Assembly (NCBI GenBank): GCA_963665145.1
Contig: OY762064.1
Span: 1,588,239-1,652,238, forward strand
Reading direction: 5' to 3'
Length of the DNA stretch: 64,000 nucleotides
Source of the DNA: Gammaproteobacteria bacterium
GTDB lineage: Bacteria; Pseudomonadota; Gammaproteobacteria; Steroidobacterales; Foliamicaceae
A program made the translations under genes and the position numbers. Positions 9,880 through 19,033 of this stretch are shown piece by piece. The notes below the pieces were generated by a model, which saw only the letters and a program-made list of their open reading frames with translations, was not told the origin of the DNA and made no database searches. Within the stretch, counting starts at the first letter, position 1; every line of letters begins with the position of its first letter.

Positions 9880-11820
9880 CTAGTGCGCTGCCAGCGCCCT
9901 CACCGGGGGCATATCCGCCGCGCGCTGCGCGGGCGCAGACCCGAACACGAGCCCGGTCAATGTCGCGCATGACAAGCCAGTGAGCAGAATCGGGGTAGTA
10001 AACGCCACCAAAGTGACCCCGAAACTGTTGATTACGCTCCCCAGTCCAACCAGCAGCAGCAGGCCCGCAGCGCCGCCTAGAACGCATACGACGACCGCCT
10101 CGCAAACGAATTGCAGCCGAATGTCCATCGGACGCGCCCCGGTTGCCATGCGCAGACCGATTTCGCGCGTGCGCTCCGCAACCGATGCCAGCATGATGTT
10201 CATGACGCCGATGCCGGCAACCACCAGCGAAATTCCGCCAATACCTCCAAGAAGCAAGGTAAGAATCCTCCGGATGTTGTTTTCCACATCCCTGACCTCT
10301 GCCTGATTGATGATCTGAAACGCCGCATTACCATGCCGCTGCCTGAGCAGCGCCTCAATGGCCTCCTGCGCCGTTCTAACCTGATCCCCTTCGGACACCA
10401 TGACCCCAATCATGTCCAGGTTATCTCGGCGGAACAGGCGTGCCGCGCCGGTCATCAGCGGCACGTAAACGGACCGCGCCCGAAGATCGAAAGCGGCAAA
10501 GCGGGCTTCACTGCGCTTCAGCACTCCGATCACCTGATAGGGCACATCGTTGAGGAGGATGTGCTCTCCCACCGGGTTCACGTGCTGGTCAAACAGATTG
10601 TCGGCCAGCAGTCCTCCAAGAATGACTACGGGCGCGTATCGCTCGCTATGCTTCTTGCCGAAGAATACGCCCTGCCTTAAAGCAAGTCCGCGATCCTTCA
10701 TGGCTCGGCCGGTGGTCGCGGTGACTTGAGCAGACTCGGTCCTTGCGCCCGCAATCAGTGTTGCGCCGCCGCTCATTTCCGGCGTTACGGAAACCAGATT
10801 GGGAATCCGCCTGCGAATCGCCTCGGCGTCATCCAGAGTCAGGAGTGTGCGTTGTTCACCGAGTGCCGGCAGCACGGTTATGCTTGCTCCGCCCAATTGA
10901 CTGATGGCATCCAAGATTTCCCGCCGCACGCCTTCGGCCAGACCCAGCATGGCGGTGACCGAGAACACGCCGATTACTATACCCAGCAGCGTAAGCGAGG
11001 TGCGGAACTTGTTGTGGCGCAGGGAACGCAAGGCCGTGCGCACATTTTCCGCGAGAGGCAAGACGGGCGCCTGCGTGCGGGGCGGGGAAATCTCAGGCTC
11101 GGGGGCAGTTGAGATTCGGGACCGCGAGACGGAACCCGTATCAGCCATGATGCGGCCATCCAGCAACTCAATGCGCCGTTCCGCGTGGCGGGCGATTGAC
11201 GGATCGTGACTAACGACAATGATTGTTCGCCCTCGTTCGGACAGCGCGGCCAACTGCGCCATGATTTCGCTGCCGCTACGGGAGTCCACCGAACCCGTCG
11301 GCTCGTCCGCCAGCAACACCCCCCCGCCGTTCATAAGCGCTCTTGCGATAGCCACCCGCTGTTGCTCCCCGCCGGATAACTCGCTGGGATAGTGGCCAAC
11401 GCGATGCGACAGGCCCAGGCCAGCGAGCAATTCCTCGGCTCGCGCCCACCGAAGGCGCTTGCGCAGACCGGCATAAATTGCCGGCATCTCCACATTTTCC
11501 TGCGCCGTCGCCATTGGCAGGAGGTTGTAGGTCTGAAAAACAAATCCGAACTCCTCGCGGCGCAGGCGTGCCCGGACATTGGGATTGGACTCGTGAACTA
11601 GCTGGTCGGCGTAGTAATACTCGCCGCGGCTTGGCCGGTCGAGGCATCCGATGATATTCATCAGCGTTGTCTTCCCCGAGCCTGACGGCCCCATGATTGC
11701 TACGAACTCGCCCGCATGGATGTCCAGCGTCACGTCTCCAAGCGCTTTGATTCTGGTACTGCCAGACCTGTACTGCTGGGTGATGTCCCGCAGTGCAATG
11801 AGCGGCCGGTTGCCCATCAT
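9880..11820 (-). CDS. macB: MacB-type ABC transporter, fused ATPase-permease
   Basis: 646 aa. The N-terminal ABC domain has GPSGSGKTT, LSGGEQQRVAIARAL and LLADEPTG. The C-terminal part is an FtsX-like four-TM permease domain. Confidence 0.85.
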   Translation of the reverse strand: MMGNRPLIALRDITQQYRSGSTRIKALGDVTLDIHAGEFVAIMGPSGSGKTTLMNIIGCLDRPSRGEYYYADQLVHESNPNVRARLRREEFGFVFQTYNLLPMATAQENVEMPAIYAGLRKRLRWARAEELLAGLGLSHRVGHYPSELSGGEQQRVAIARALMNGGGVLLADEPTGSVDSRSGSEIMAQLAALSERGRTIIVVSHDPSIARHAERRIELLDGRIMADTGSVSRSRISTAPEPEISPPRTQAPVLPLAENVRTALRSLRHNKFRTSLTLLGIVIGVFSVTAMLGLAEGVRREILDAISQLGGASITVLPALGEQRTLLTLDDAEAIRRRIPNLVSVTPEMSGGATLIAGARTESAQVTATTGRAMKDRGLALRQGVFFGKKHSERYAPVVILGGLLADNLFDQHVNPVGEHILLNDVPYQVIGVLKRSEARFAAFDLRARSVYVPLMTGAARLFRRDNLDMIGVMVSEGDQVRTAQEAIEALLRQRHGNAAFQIINQAEVRDVENNIRRILTLLLGGIGGISLVVAGIGVMNIMLASVAERTREIGLRMATGARPMDIRLQFVCEAVVVCVLGGAAGLLLLVGLGSVINSFGVTLVAFTTPILLTGLSCATLTGLVFGSAPAQRAADMPPVRALAAH

Positions 11821-12959
11821 TCGTCCAAAAAAGCCGGAAGCTCTGGAGCCGACGGTTCCAGAATGCCGGCCACCACTGTCTCGCCCTCGGCCAGACCCGC
11901 CAGCACTTCGGCCTCCACCTCATTGCGTGCACCTACACGCACGGTGCGCTCCGTCAACTCTCCACTTTGATCCACGACGCGGACCGTGGCTTCGCGCTCA
12001 TCCGAGAAATTCAATGCGCCCAAGGTCACTTTCAATACGTCCGTCGCCAACCGGTCCACAAAGAACACCTTGGCCGTCATTCCCGGCAATAGCTCTCCAT
12101 CCGGATTTTCCACCGCCATAAACGCGTTAAACTGCGCCAGACCGTAAACTCCGCTCGGCCCTGTCGGAATCGGGGAGATTTTCTCCAGATGACCCGGCCA
12201 ACGGCGCTCGCCATCGGCGGGAATGGTGAAATAGGCTTCCATGCCTAAAGACAATCGGCGCATGTCCGCTTCGGACACCTTGGCGCTGACCCTGATCGTG
12301 CTCAGGTCCCCAATGCGAAGAATCACCGGCGCCAATTGGGCCGCATTGAGAGCCTGCCCTTCCTGGGCGTAGATGCTCACGACGGTTCCCCCTGAAGGCG
12401 CCACAATGTGCGTAAACTCTAAGTAGGCTCTCGCTTCCTCAAGGCTCGACCGAGCCTGTTCGATCTGCAGAAGATGGTGTTCCAGGTTGGTCTCGGTCTG
12501 GGCAAGGCCGACGACGGCGCGATCATAGTCTACTTCGGTAGTGGCCCGCGCCTGCATCAGGCGTTTCTGGCGCTCCAGTTCAGCTCGTGACAACGCGAGG
12601 CTCGCCTCGAGCGAACGAGTTTTAACTTGAAGCGATTGCAAGTTGGCTTCCGCGGAATCAGCCCTGGCTCGCTGAATCGAATCATCAATCTCGGCCAGCA
12701 AGTCGCCTGCCGAAATGATGTCTCCGAGTTGGACATACAGCTTTTCCAGTTGGCCCGATACCTGAGCCCCGATATCAATCAGATTACCCGCCTCCAGCGT
12801 GGCGGATGCGGCGATGGTGCGGTCTATGTCGCCTCGCGTGATCCTTGCGGTAAGCGGAGACGGCGGCTTGATATCTTCCGGCCAAAGAAACCATGTGGCC
12901 AGCACCGCCACGATGGCCAGCACCGCCACTTTTCGCCAGCGCTTCTGCAGCCAACTCAC
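11817..12959 (-). CDS. macA: HlyD/MacA-type periplasmic adaptor (membrane fusion protein)
   Basis: 380 aa with an N-terminal TM anchor, a long coiled-coil hairpin and beta-barrel regions. It overlaps the macB start by 4 nt (ATGA). Confidence 0.8.
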   Translation of the reverse strand: MSWLQKRWRKVAVLAIVAVLATWFLWPEDIKPPSPLTARITRGDIDRTIAASATLEAGNLIDIGAQVSGQLEKLYVQLGDIISAGDLLAEIDDSIQRARADSAEANLQSLQVKTRSLEASLALSRAELERQKRLMQARATTEVDYDRAVVGLAQTETNLEHHLLQIEQARSSLEEARAYLEFTHIVAPSGGTVVSIYAQEGQALNAAQLAPVILRIGDLSTIRVSAKVSEADMRRLSLGMEAYFTIPADGERRWPGHLEKISPIPTGPSGVYGLAQFNAFMAVENPDGELLPGMTAKVFFVDRLATDVLKVTLGALNFSDEREATVRVVDQSGELTERTVRVGARNEVEAEVLAGLAEGETVVAGILEPSAPELPAFLDE

Positions 12960-13005
12960 GGATATCAGGTTCCCTGCTCACGAATGCCCATCAGCATCCG
13001 CCAGA

Positions 13006-13275
13006 TCAGTCTCCGGCATTGTGCGATTGTTTCCAGCGCTTTCGGTAGCGGCGGCCCACAGTAAGCCACGCAAGCGTGGCGCCTCCAGCCAGAGATATTG
13101 CTTCGCTAAGTGGCTGATACCTCCCACTGCTTAAATCCTCCAGAGTAAGATTGCCGGCGGCCACCTGCAACGCCATCCCGATCCCTACAAGCAGGCCGGT
13201 AAGAACGTAGCCCAAACCTCCCACAAGCAAGAACAATACGCCGCAGCTAAACCACTCAGTTACCGACAATCTCAC
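13006..13275 (-). CDS. small hydrophobic membrane protein (hypothetical)
   Basis: 89 aa with Gly/Leu-rich TM segments and a basic C-terminus. It sits between the Cys-rich ORF and macA on the same strand. Confidence 0.35.
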   Translation of the reverse strand: MRLSVTEWFSCGVLFLLVGGLGYVLTGLLVGIGMALQVAAGNLTLEDLSSGRYQPLSEAISLAGGATLAWLTVGRRYRKRWKQSHNAGD

Positions 13276-13287
13276 GACCAGGCAAAC

Positions 13288-13572
13288 TCAAGGGCAATTA
13301 ATACAGGGGCCAATAATCGGCAATACCTTGAAGGAACCCACCAGGCCAAGAAGGCAAGCCGCAAGAGCTGCCTGCCAAGGCATTGGTATCGCAGTCCCCG
13401 TACAGTTCGGCCCTGTATAGGCTGTTACCCAAAATGCTAACGAGGCAGTGTCCGTGTCGACAGAGCAACCCGCACAATCGGCCGCCTGCGTGGTGGAGGC
13501 TGATCCCACTTCTCCAGCCCCGCCATCAGCTGCATTCAGAGGCGGCGTTAACAACATTGTGCAGACGCACAA
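13288..13572 (-). CDS. small Cys-rich secreted/anchored protein (hypothetical); true start uncertain
   Basis: Multiple Cys in the predicted mature part (CAGC, NC, CINC and others) and a hydrophobic C-terminal segment. A convincing signal peptide (..SRVVAGISLLCVCTMLLTPPLNA/AD) appears only if translation starts upstream of the annotated TTG. Confidence 0.35.
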   Translation of the reverse strand: MCVCTMLLTPPLNAADGGAGEVGSASTTQAADCAGCSVDTDTASLAFWVTAYTGPNCTGTAIPMPWQAALAACLLGLVGSFKVLPIIGPCINCP

Positions 13573-13834
13573 AAGGCTAATACCAGCAACTACTCTTGAA
13601 AGAATGGTTCTATTCTCCTTTCCAGACCGATGTGATTATAAGTCGCACGCGAGTTGGTGAAGTGGCAGAACCCGTCAGAGGTGTTTGCGCTGTGGGGTAT
13701 TTCGGTTGGTTTTGCATGGCGCGGGGATTTCCCCGCGGATGGAAGGCGGACCGGGCTTTGCTGGGTTTGGATAAGGCCTTTATTGAGGTCTGCCGGGTTC
13801 TTGGGCCGGCAACTACGGGCGAGGAAGCGGTTGT

Positions 13835-14236
13835 GTGACGGGCCGTGGCGGCCGTGAGGCGAAAGCACTCTCCGGCGGCCCGGCGGATGAGCATGGGCAA
13901 GTCGTATCTTGCGGGGGGTTGAGCCGGGAACTGCACCAGGCGCGGACGGCCTATCGGCACACCCGGGAACCGGCGCGGTGCTTTAGCAACTTCCGCTATC
14001 GCACCCGCAAGAGCTGGTCGAGGTCCCGGCGGGTGGTGCGCAAGGCCTGGCTGTCGTTCTCCGAGTCCTACCCCTACGCCAACACCTTCGCCCGGATCCT
14101 GGCCAATCTGCGCACTCATCCGCCCGAAATACCCCACCCGGGCGCAAACGAACATAACTCCAGGCCGCCTGACCCGTTCGCAACCGAGAAAATACCGATT
14201 ACAACCTCACACAGGGCCGTTCAGGGCAATCGGTGA
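13835..14236 (+). pseudogene. IS1380-like transposase relic (internally deleted)
   Basis: The translated fragment FSNFRYRTRKSWSRSRRVV followed directly by SESYPYANTFARILANLR resembles a mid-region and a C-terminal block of IS1380-family transposases joined together. There is no intact ORF. Confidence 0.4.
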
Positions 14237-14247
14237 CGGATGCCGGC

Positions 14248-15147
14248 CTACACCACCGCCCTGGAGCGGAATCGCCACATGGCAAGCAGCAGGTAAATCA
14301 CGGTCAGGTCCAGGGCATAGACCGTGAGGATTCCGACTTCTCCCCATCCCAGCAAGGTTCCGCTGGCGGCGAATTGCTCGGACACATCGTATGGCCCGTA
14401 GGAAGGAAGCAGGAAGGTCAGGTAGTAGAAGGGATTCTCGGGCCGCAGAAAAAACGTCAACCAGTCGGCCTGGATGAAAAACGCCAGAACGCCCGCAAAC
14501 GCCGGGTGCATGATCGTGGAGAGCACAAGCGCCAGCGAGCCGTAGATCAGACACTGGCAGAACAACAGCCATGGCGCGTAGCGGATCGCAGGCACGCTGT
14601 CGAGCTGATGCATCTGCGTAAATATCACCATCGTAATCCCGATCAACACCGAGTAAGCCAACAGGACCGCCATGGCGCCGGAATACTTCCCCAGCAGGAA
14701 TTGCCACCGCGCAACCGGTTTGGACAGGACCATCGTGATTGCGCCGCTGCGCACGTCGGTGGAAACCGCCGTAGCGCCAATGAACAAGGCTACCAAAACG
14801 CCGCCGAAGGTCGTGAAGCCATAAAAAACGCTGAGCAATTGAGTTCCTATGCCCTGCATGCTCCGACGCATGTCCTCGCGCTGCTCTTCGTCCATGTCGG
14901 CTTGCGCCTGCTCCATCGCCTCCCGAATCGCCTGGGCGTCCGGTGAATCCTTGATTATTTCCTGATCCGCCGACTCGACCGCAGGTGCGCTCTGCGAGAC
15001 CTGATTCATCGCTTTGCTCGTTTGCGTCAGGGAGAATGAGAGGATCACCGTAACAATCAGCAGAACCAGCATCAGCGCCAGTAGCAGGCGCCGATGCAGC
15101 AGCGCCCTGATGTTGTCCGCGGCGATCAGGAATACGTTTCTCACGCC
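14248..15147 (-). CDS. ABC-2 type transporter permease
   Basis: A GTG at 15147 is preceded by GGAG and overlaps the ATPase stop (GTGA). The roughly 300-aa polytopic membrane protein begins VRNVFLIAADNIRALL, typical of the ABC-2 family. Confidence 0.7.
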   Translation of the reverse strand, partial: GVRNVFLIAADNIRALLHRRLLLALMLVLLIVTVILSFSLTQTSKAMNQVSQSAPAVESADQEIIKDSPDAQAIREAMEQAQADMDEEQREDMRRSMQGIGTQLLSVFYGFTTFGGVLVALFIGATAVSTDVRSGAITMVLSKPVARWQFLLGKYSGAMAVLLAYSVLIGITMVIFTQMHQLDSVPAIRYAPWLLFCQCLIYGSLALVLSTIMHPAFAGVLAFFIQADWLTFFLRPENPFYYLTFLLPSYGPYDVSEQFAASGTLLGWGEVGILTVYALDLTVIYLLLAMWRFRSRAVV

Positions 15148-15869
15148 GACCTGCTCCTGCCAATGGTGTCGAAAAAGAGATCTTCCAGCATCCGGGTAGT
15201 TACCTCGCCCCACTCTCCAAGGTTTTCCAGGCGCTTCAGCTCGCCCTCGTGCAGGATGGCCACGCGGTCGCATACGGAACCCACTTCCGAGAGGATGTGC
15301 GATGAAATGAACACGGATTTACCCTGCTGCTTGAGCTTGAGAACAATGTCGCGGAAATCGCGCCGGCCCACGGGGTCGAGATTGGAGGTCGGCTCATCCA
15401 GGATCAGCAGTTCCGGGTCGTTGACCAGAGTCTGGGCCAGACCCAGGCGCTGCACCATGCCCTTGGAGTACTTGGAAATCTTGCGGTCGGCGGCATCCTG
15501 CAGGCTCACGAGTTCGAGCAATTCCTCGGCCCGCTCCTTACGGTCCGCTGCCGCGACACCGGCGAGTCCGGCGTAGAACTCCAGCAGGCGCCGGCCGGTG
15601 TAATAGGTGTGCAGGTTGACGCTCTCCGGCAGGTAACCCAGGCGCGCTCGATGATCGGTGCCGGCGACCGGCTGATCGAACAGGAACGCGCTACCCCCAT
15701 CCGGGCGGATGAAATTCAGCAGCAGTTGAATGGTGGTGGACTTGCCAGCGCCGTTCGGCCCGATAAAGCCGAATACCTCCGCCGCGTCGACCTGAAGATC
15801 CAGGCCCTGCAAGGCCACGGTACCGCCCTTGTAGGTCTTGGCCAGGTTCGCGGTGCGGATGACGCTCAT
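15141..15869 (-). CDS. ABC transporter ATP-binding protein
   Basis: Start at the internal ATG 15869 (MSVIRTANLAKTY..). Walker A GPNGAGKST, signature YSKGMVQRLGLAQTL and Walker B LLILDEPT are present. Confidence 0.85.
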   Translation of the reverse strand: MSVIRTANLAKTYKGGTVALQGLDLQVDAAEVFGFIGPNGAGKSTTIQLLLNFIRPDGGSAFLFDQPVAGTDHRARLGYLPESVNLHTYYTGRRLLEFYAGLAGVAAADRKERAEELLELVSLQDAADRKISKYSKGMVQRLGLAQTLVNDPELLILDEPTSNLDPVGRRDFRDIVLKLKQQGKSVFISSHILSEVGSVCDRVAILHEGELKRLENLGEWGEVTTRMLEDLFFDTIGRSRSA

Positions 15870-15873
15870 ACGC

Positions 15874-16539
15874 CTAGGATTGCTCGTCTGGAGCAAAGAT
15901 CGATTCCTCGAACGGGACGAAGAACGCTTCATTGTCCTGCGTCAGGTCTTCCAGCAAGGCCTGCAGCCGCTTGTTTCGCTGCTCGGCAAGCCCGCGGAAG
16001 GGGGGATAGCCCACCTCGATGTGCTCCACACGGCCGTCCATTCCGACGATGACCAATTGCGGGATCCCCCGCACTCCGTAGGCGCCGCTGATTTCTTCGT
16101 CTTCATCCATGACCACCCGCACGGCAAACTCCATGTCGTCAACAAAATCGCGAACGAGGTCCGGGTTTTCGCCCACGTTGACGGCCAGGATCGTTGCTCC
16201 GCGCTCATCGAAACGGTCGTTCAGGTCCTCCAGCGCAGGCATGCTCTGAATACACGGCCCGCACCAGGTCGCCCAGAAATCCAGTACTACGACTTCGCGA
16301 TCACGAAAATCCGACAGCGTTACTTGCGAACCATTGAGGTCAATCGCGCTAAAGTCCGGAATCTCTTCGCCCACCGTCAGGTTTCCCGATTGCTCCACCG
16401 TTCCGCCACCGGTCAATTCGGCCATCGGAGCCATCTTCACCTTGACTTCGTAGTGGACCCAGACGGTGATCGCCGCGAACAGGACTCCCGCCACAATCCA
16501 GATGATCCGTCGCCTGCCCACGCCGTATACGGTCCCCAC
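15874..16539 (-). CDS. TlpA/ResA-like thiol:disulfide oxidoreductase (redoxin), membrane anchored
   Basis: 221 aa with an N-terminal TM helix, the WATWCGPC active site and the RGIPQLVIV cis-Pro region. Confidence 0.8.
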   Translation of the reverse strand: MGTVYGVGRRRIIWIVAGVLFAAITVWVHYEVKVKMAPMAELTGGGTVEQSGNLTVGEEIPDFSAIDLNGSQVTLSDFRDREVVVLDFWATWCGPCIQSMPALEDLNDRFDERGATILAVNVGENPDLVRDFVDDMEFAVRVVMDEDEEISGAYGVRGIPQLVIVGMDGRVEHIEVGYPPFRGLAEQRNKRLQALLEDLTQDNEAFFVPFEESIFAPDEQS

Positions 16540-16576
16540 TAGAATAGGCGGCTCATTCTACACAGCGGGGGCGCAC

Positions 16577-18019
16577 ATGAAACCGATTCGCCGCACCTGG
16601 AAGGTCACGTCCATTGCGGTCGTCACGCTGGCGCTCCTGGCGCCGGCGGCCATGCCGGCTGAACCCGGACCGTCGACTCTGGTCGATGCCCGAAACGACG
16701 AGGCCGTTGCCCTGGCCATGGATCTGTTCGAGTATGCCGAACTCGGCTATCTCGAGACCCGAAGCACCGAACGGCTCGCAGGCTATCTTGAGAGCAGCGG
16801 CTTCACCGTCGAGCGCGGTGTGGCCGGCATCCCCACCGCGTTCGTTGCCGATTGGGGGCACGGCGGCCCGGTGATCGGTATTCTTGCTGAATTCGATGCC
16901 TTGCCCGGACTGTCGCAGGCGGCGGTGCCGCATCGCGAGCCCGTCGCTTCCGATGAACCGGGACACGCCTGCGGTCACCACCTTTTCGGCAGCGCTTCGG
17001 CCACGGCGGCCACGGCAATCGCGGCCTGGCTTGCGAGCACGGGGACTTCCGGGACCGTGCGGGTCTATGGCACGCCGGCGGAAGAGGGCGGATCCGGCAA
17101 GGTGTATCTCACGCGGGCCGGACTGTTTGACGACGTGGACATCGTGCTGCACTGGCATCCGTCCGACCGCAACGTCGCCGGCCCGGAGAGCAGCAACGGC
17201 AACAAGTCCGGACGCTTCCGGTTTCACGGAATCGCAGCGCACGCCGCGTCATCGCCCGAACGGGGGCGTTCCGCGCTGGACGGCGTGGAGGCGATGAACT
17301 ACATGACCAACCTGATGCGCGAACACATGCCCTCCACGGCCCGGCTGCACTACGTGATCACCGACGGCGGCCAGGCGCCGAACATCGTTCCGGAGACCGC
17401 CGAGGTCTATTACTACGTTCGACATCCCCAGCCTGAAATGGTGGTCGAGTTGTTTGAGCGGGTCGTGGCCGCGGCCGAGGGCGCCGCTCTCGGGACCGGC
17501 ACCCGGATGGAATACGAGGTGATGCACGGCAACTTCCCGCTGTTGCGCAACGACGTCCTGGCCGAGGTGTTCCATGGCCACCTGGAACGCCTGGGTGGCG
17601 TCGAATACGACGAAGCGGAAATGGCATTCGCGACCACTCTGAGAGAGTCACTGTTTGGTGATCTTCGTCCGCTCGAGACCAGAAACGAGATCGAGCCCTT
17701 CGAGTTCCGCCAGAGAATGGGCTCCACGGACGTCGGCGACGTAAGCTGGATCGTGCCCACGGCGGGATTCGGCACGGCGACCTGGGTGCCCGGCACGCCG
17801 GCCCACAGTTGGCAGGCGGTCGCGGCCGGCGGCATGAGCATTGGCCACAAGGGCATGATGCTGGCGGCCAAGGTGCTCGCCGAGACCGCCCGCGACCTTT
17901 ACACGGATGCCGAACTCATCGCCAGGGCCAAAGCGGAATTCGAGGACCGGCGCGGTCCGGACTTTGTATACCGGCCCCTGCTCGGCAACCGCGAGCCGCC
18001 TCTCGACTACCGCAAGTAG
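16577..18019 (+). CDS. M20-family amidohydrolase (AbgB/hippurate-hydrolase-like), secreted
   Basis: ATG at 16577 (MKPIRRTWKVTSIAVVTLALLAPAAMPA is a signal peptide). Motifs include HACGHH and GTPAEEGGSGK. Confidence 0.8.
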   Translation: MKPIRRTWKVTSIAVVTLALLAPAAMPAEPGPSTLVDARNDEAVALAMDLFEYAELGYLETRSTERLAGYLESSGFTVERGVAGIPTAFVADWGHGGPVIGILAEFDALPGLSQAAVPHREPVASDEPGHACGHHLFGSASATAATAIAAWLASTGTSGTVRVYGTPAEEGGSGKVYLTRAGLFDDVDIVLHWHPSDRNVAGPESSNGNKSGRFRFHGIAAHAASSPERGRSALDGVEAMNYMTNLMREHMPSTARLHYVITDGGQAPNIVPETAEVYYYVRHPQPEMVVELFERVVAAAEGAALGTGTRMEYEVMHGNFPLLRNDVLAEVFHGHLERLGGVEYDEAEMAFATTLRESLFGDLRPLETRNEIEPFEFRQRMGSTDVGDVSWIVPTAGFGTATWVPGTPAHSWQAVAAGGMSIGHKGMMLAAKVLAETARDLYTDAELIARAKAEFEDRRGPDFVYRPLLGNREPPLDYRK

Positions 18020-18089
18020 ATTCCCAACGCACGGTGTTGCCTTTCGAGCGCAACCACATCGACCTCCAATTTCGGATGATCGCAGATTC

Positions 18090-18368
18090 TCACTCTTGCA
18101 CTCCGGAACCGGGGTCGCGTTCCAGACGGTCATGCGTTTCCGGCGGCTGGCCTCCTTTTCGTTTGAGCAGGCGCTGCGCGGCATCAATATCTGCGCTCGA
18201 GCCGTGCGTCGCAAAGAACTCGGCGGTCTTCATCGCTGAAATTTTCTCGGCCACGGCCGTATTCACGAATTGATTGATGCTGGTGCCTTCCTCCCTGCAC
18301 ATGTTGGCCACGGCTTTTTTCAAGGACCTCGGCAGCCGCAAGGGATATGTACTGATTTGTTTCTTCAT
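18090..18368 (-). CDS. ribbon-helix-helix (Arc/CopG/HicB-C-like) antitoxin
   Basis: Internal ATG at 18368 gives MKKQISTYPLRLPRSLKKAVANMCREEGTSINQFVNTAVAEKI, a classic RHH pattern. It overlaps the upstream PIN gene by 4 nt. Confidence 0.65.
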   Translation of the reverse strand: MKKQISTYPLRLPRSLKKAVANMCREEGTSINQFVNTAVAEKISAMKTAEFFATHGSSADIDAAQRLLKRKGGQPPETHDRLERDPGSGVQE

Positions 18369-18796
18369 ATCGAAATGCTCCTCAATGCCTCCTGGGGCGA
18401 CAACATTGCAACTCCGAAACGCTTGGGGACCTCCCCGAAATCCCGCCTGTTGAAAGTTACCAGGCCATGGGCATTGCCATTGATTGCCGCTTCCAGCACC
18501 ATCTCGTCGGCCGGATCGCGCAGCTGAGGACGCCAGAGAAACCGCGCCTCCACCGGTTCCGCGACACTGCACAGCGCTGAGATAACGGTCTCAATTTCCG
18601 CCTCGCTCAATCCTGAAACGATCCGCTGAGCCGGTTCCCGGCATACCGATTCGTATTCCAGCGCGAGAGCAACGGACAACAACAGCGTGAAGTCCCGCCG
18701 CAATGCTCGCTCAAGCAGCATTGCCGAGGCGCCTGCCGGACTGCGCAGACCTGCAACAATCACATTGGTATCCAGAAGCACACTTACAACTTGCAA
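18365..18796 (-). CDS. PIN-domain toxin (TA-system PIN family); start codon uncertain (TTG 18796 or GTG 18781)
   Basis: VLLDTNVIVAGL at the N-terminus, about 140 aa. It is coupled to an RHH gene located downstream rather than upstream. Confidence 0.75.
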   Translation of the reverse strand: MQVVSVLLDTNVIVAGLRSPAGASAMLLERALRRDFTLLLSVALALEYESVCREPAQRIVSGLSEAEIETVISALCSVAEPVEARFLWRPQLRDPADEMVLEAAINGNAHGLVTFNRRDFGEVPKRFGVAMLSPQEALRSISI

Positions 18797-19033
18797 CTCC
18801 CTGCCACCGATACTCTGACGTGCGCTCTACTCGTATAACCTATTGTAATAGTTCTTTTATTCCCTGTTTCCCCATTGCTCGCCCCCTTGCATAGACGCCA
18901 CAATTGCGCTCTAATACGCCCTGAATTCACCCCGGCCGCTTTCGAATCGCTTACGGTCATTTGGCGCTGCCGAACCCGCTCCCGGATCGAACGCGGCCCC
19001 CGACCCCCGGTTTTCGGCTCAACGAACCACGCC

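Noticed and set aside
13590-14155. Overlapping ORFs (92, 181, 80 and 67 aa) around the IS1380-like relic
   Set aside because: They overlap each other and the transposase-like fragments. No frame is intact or family-like apart from the relic itself.
18021-18040. Possible third copy of the 18-bp att-like repeat (TTCCCAACGCACGGTGTTGC versus CACCCCACGCACCGATGGTGC)
   Set aside because: It has only a 9-10 nt imperfect core match, which is within chance expectation. I therefore do not claim a left att site.
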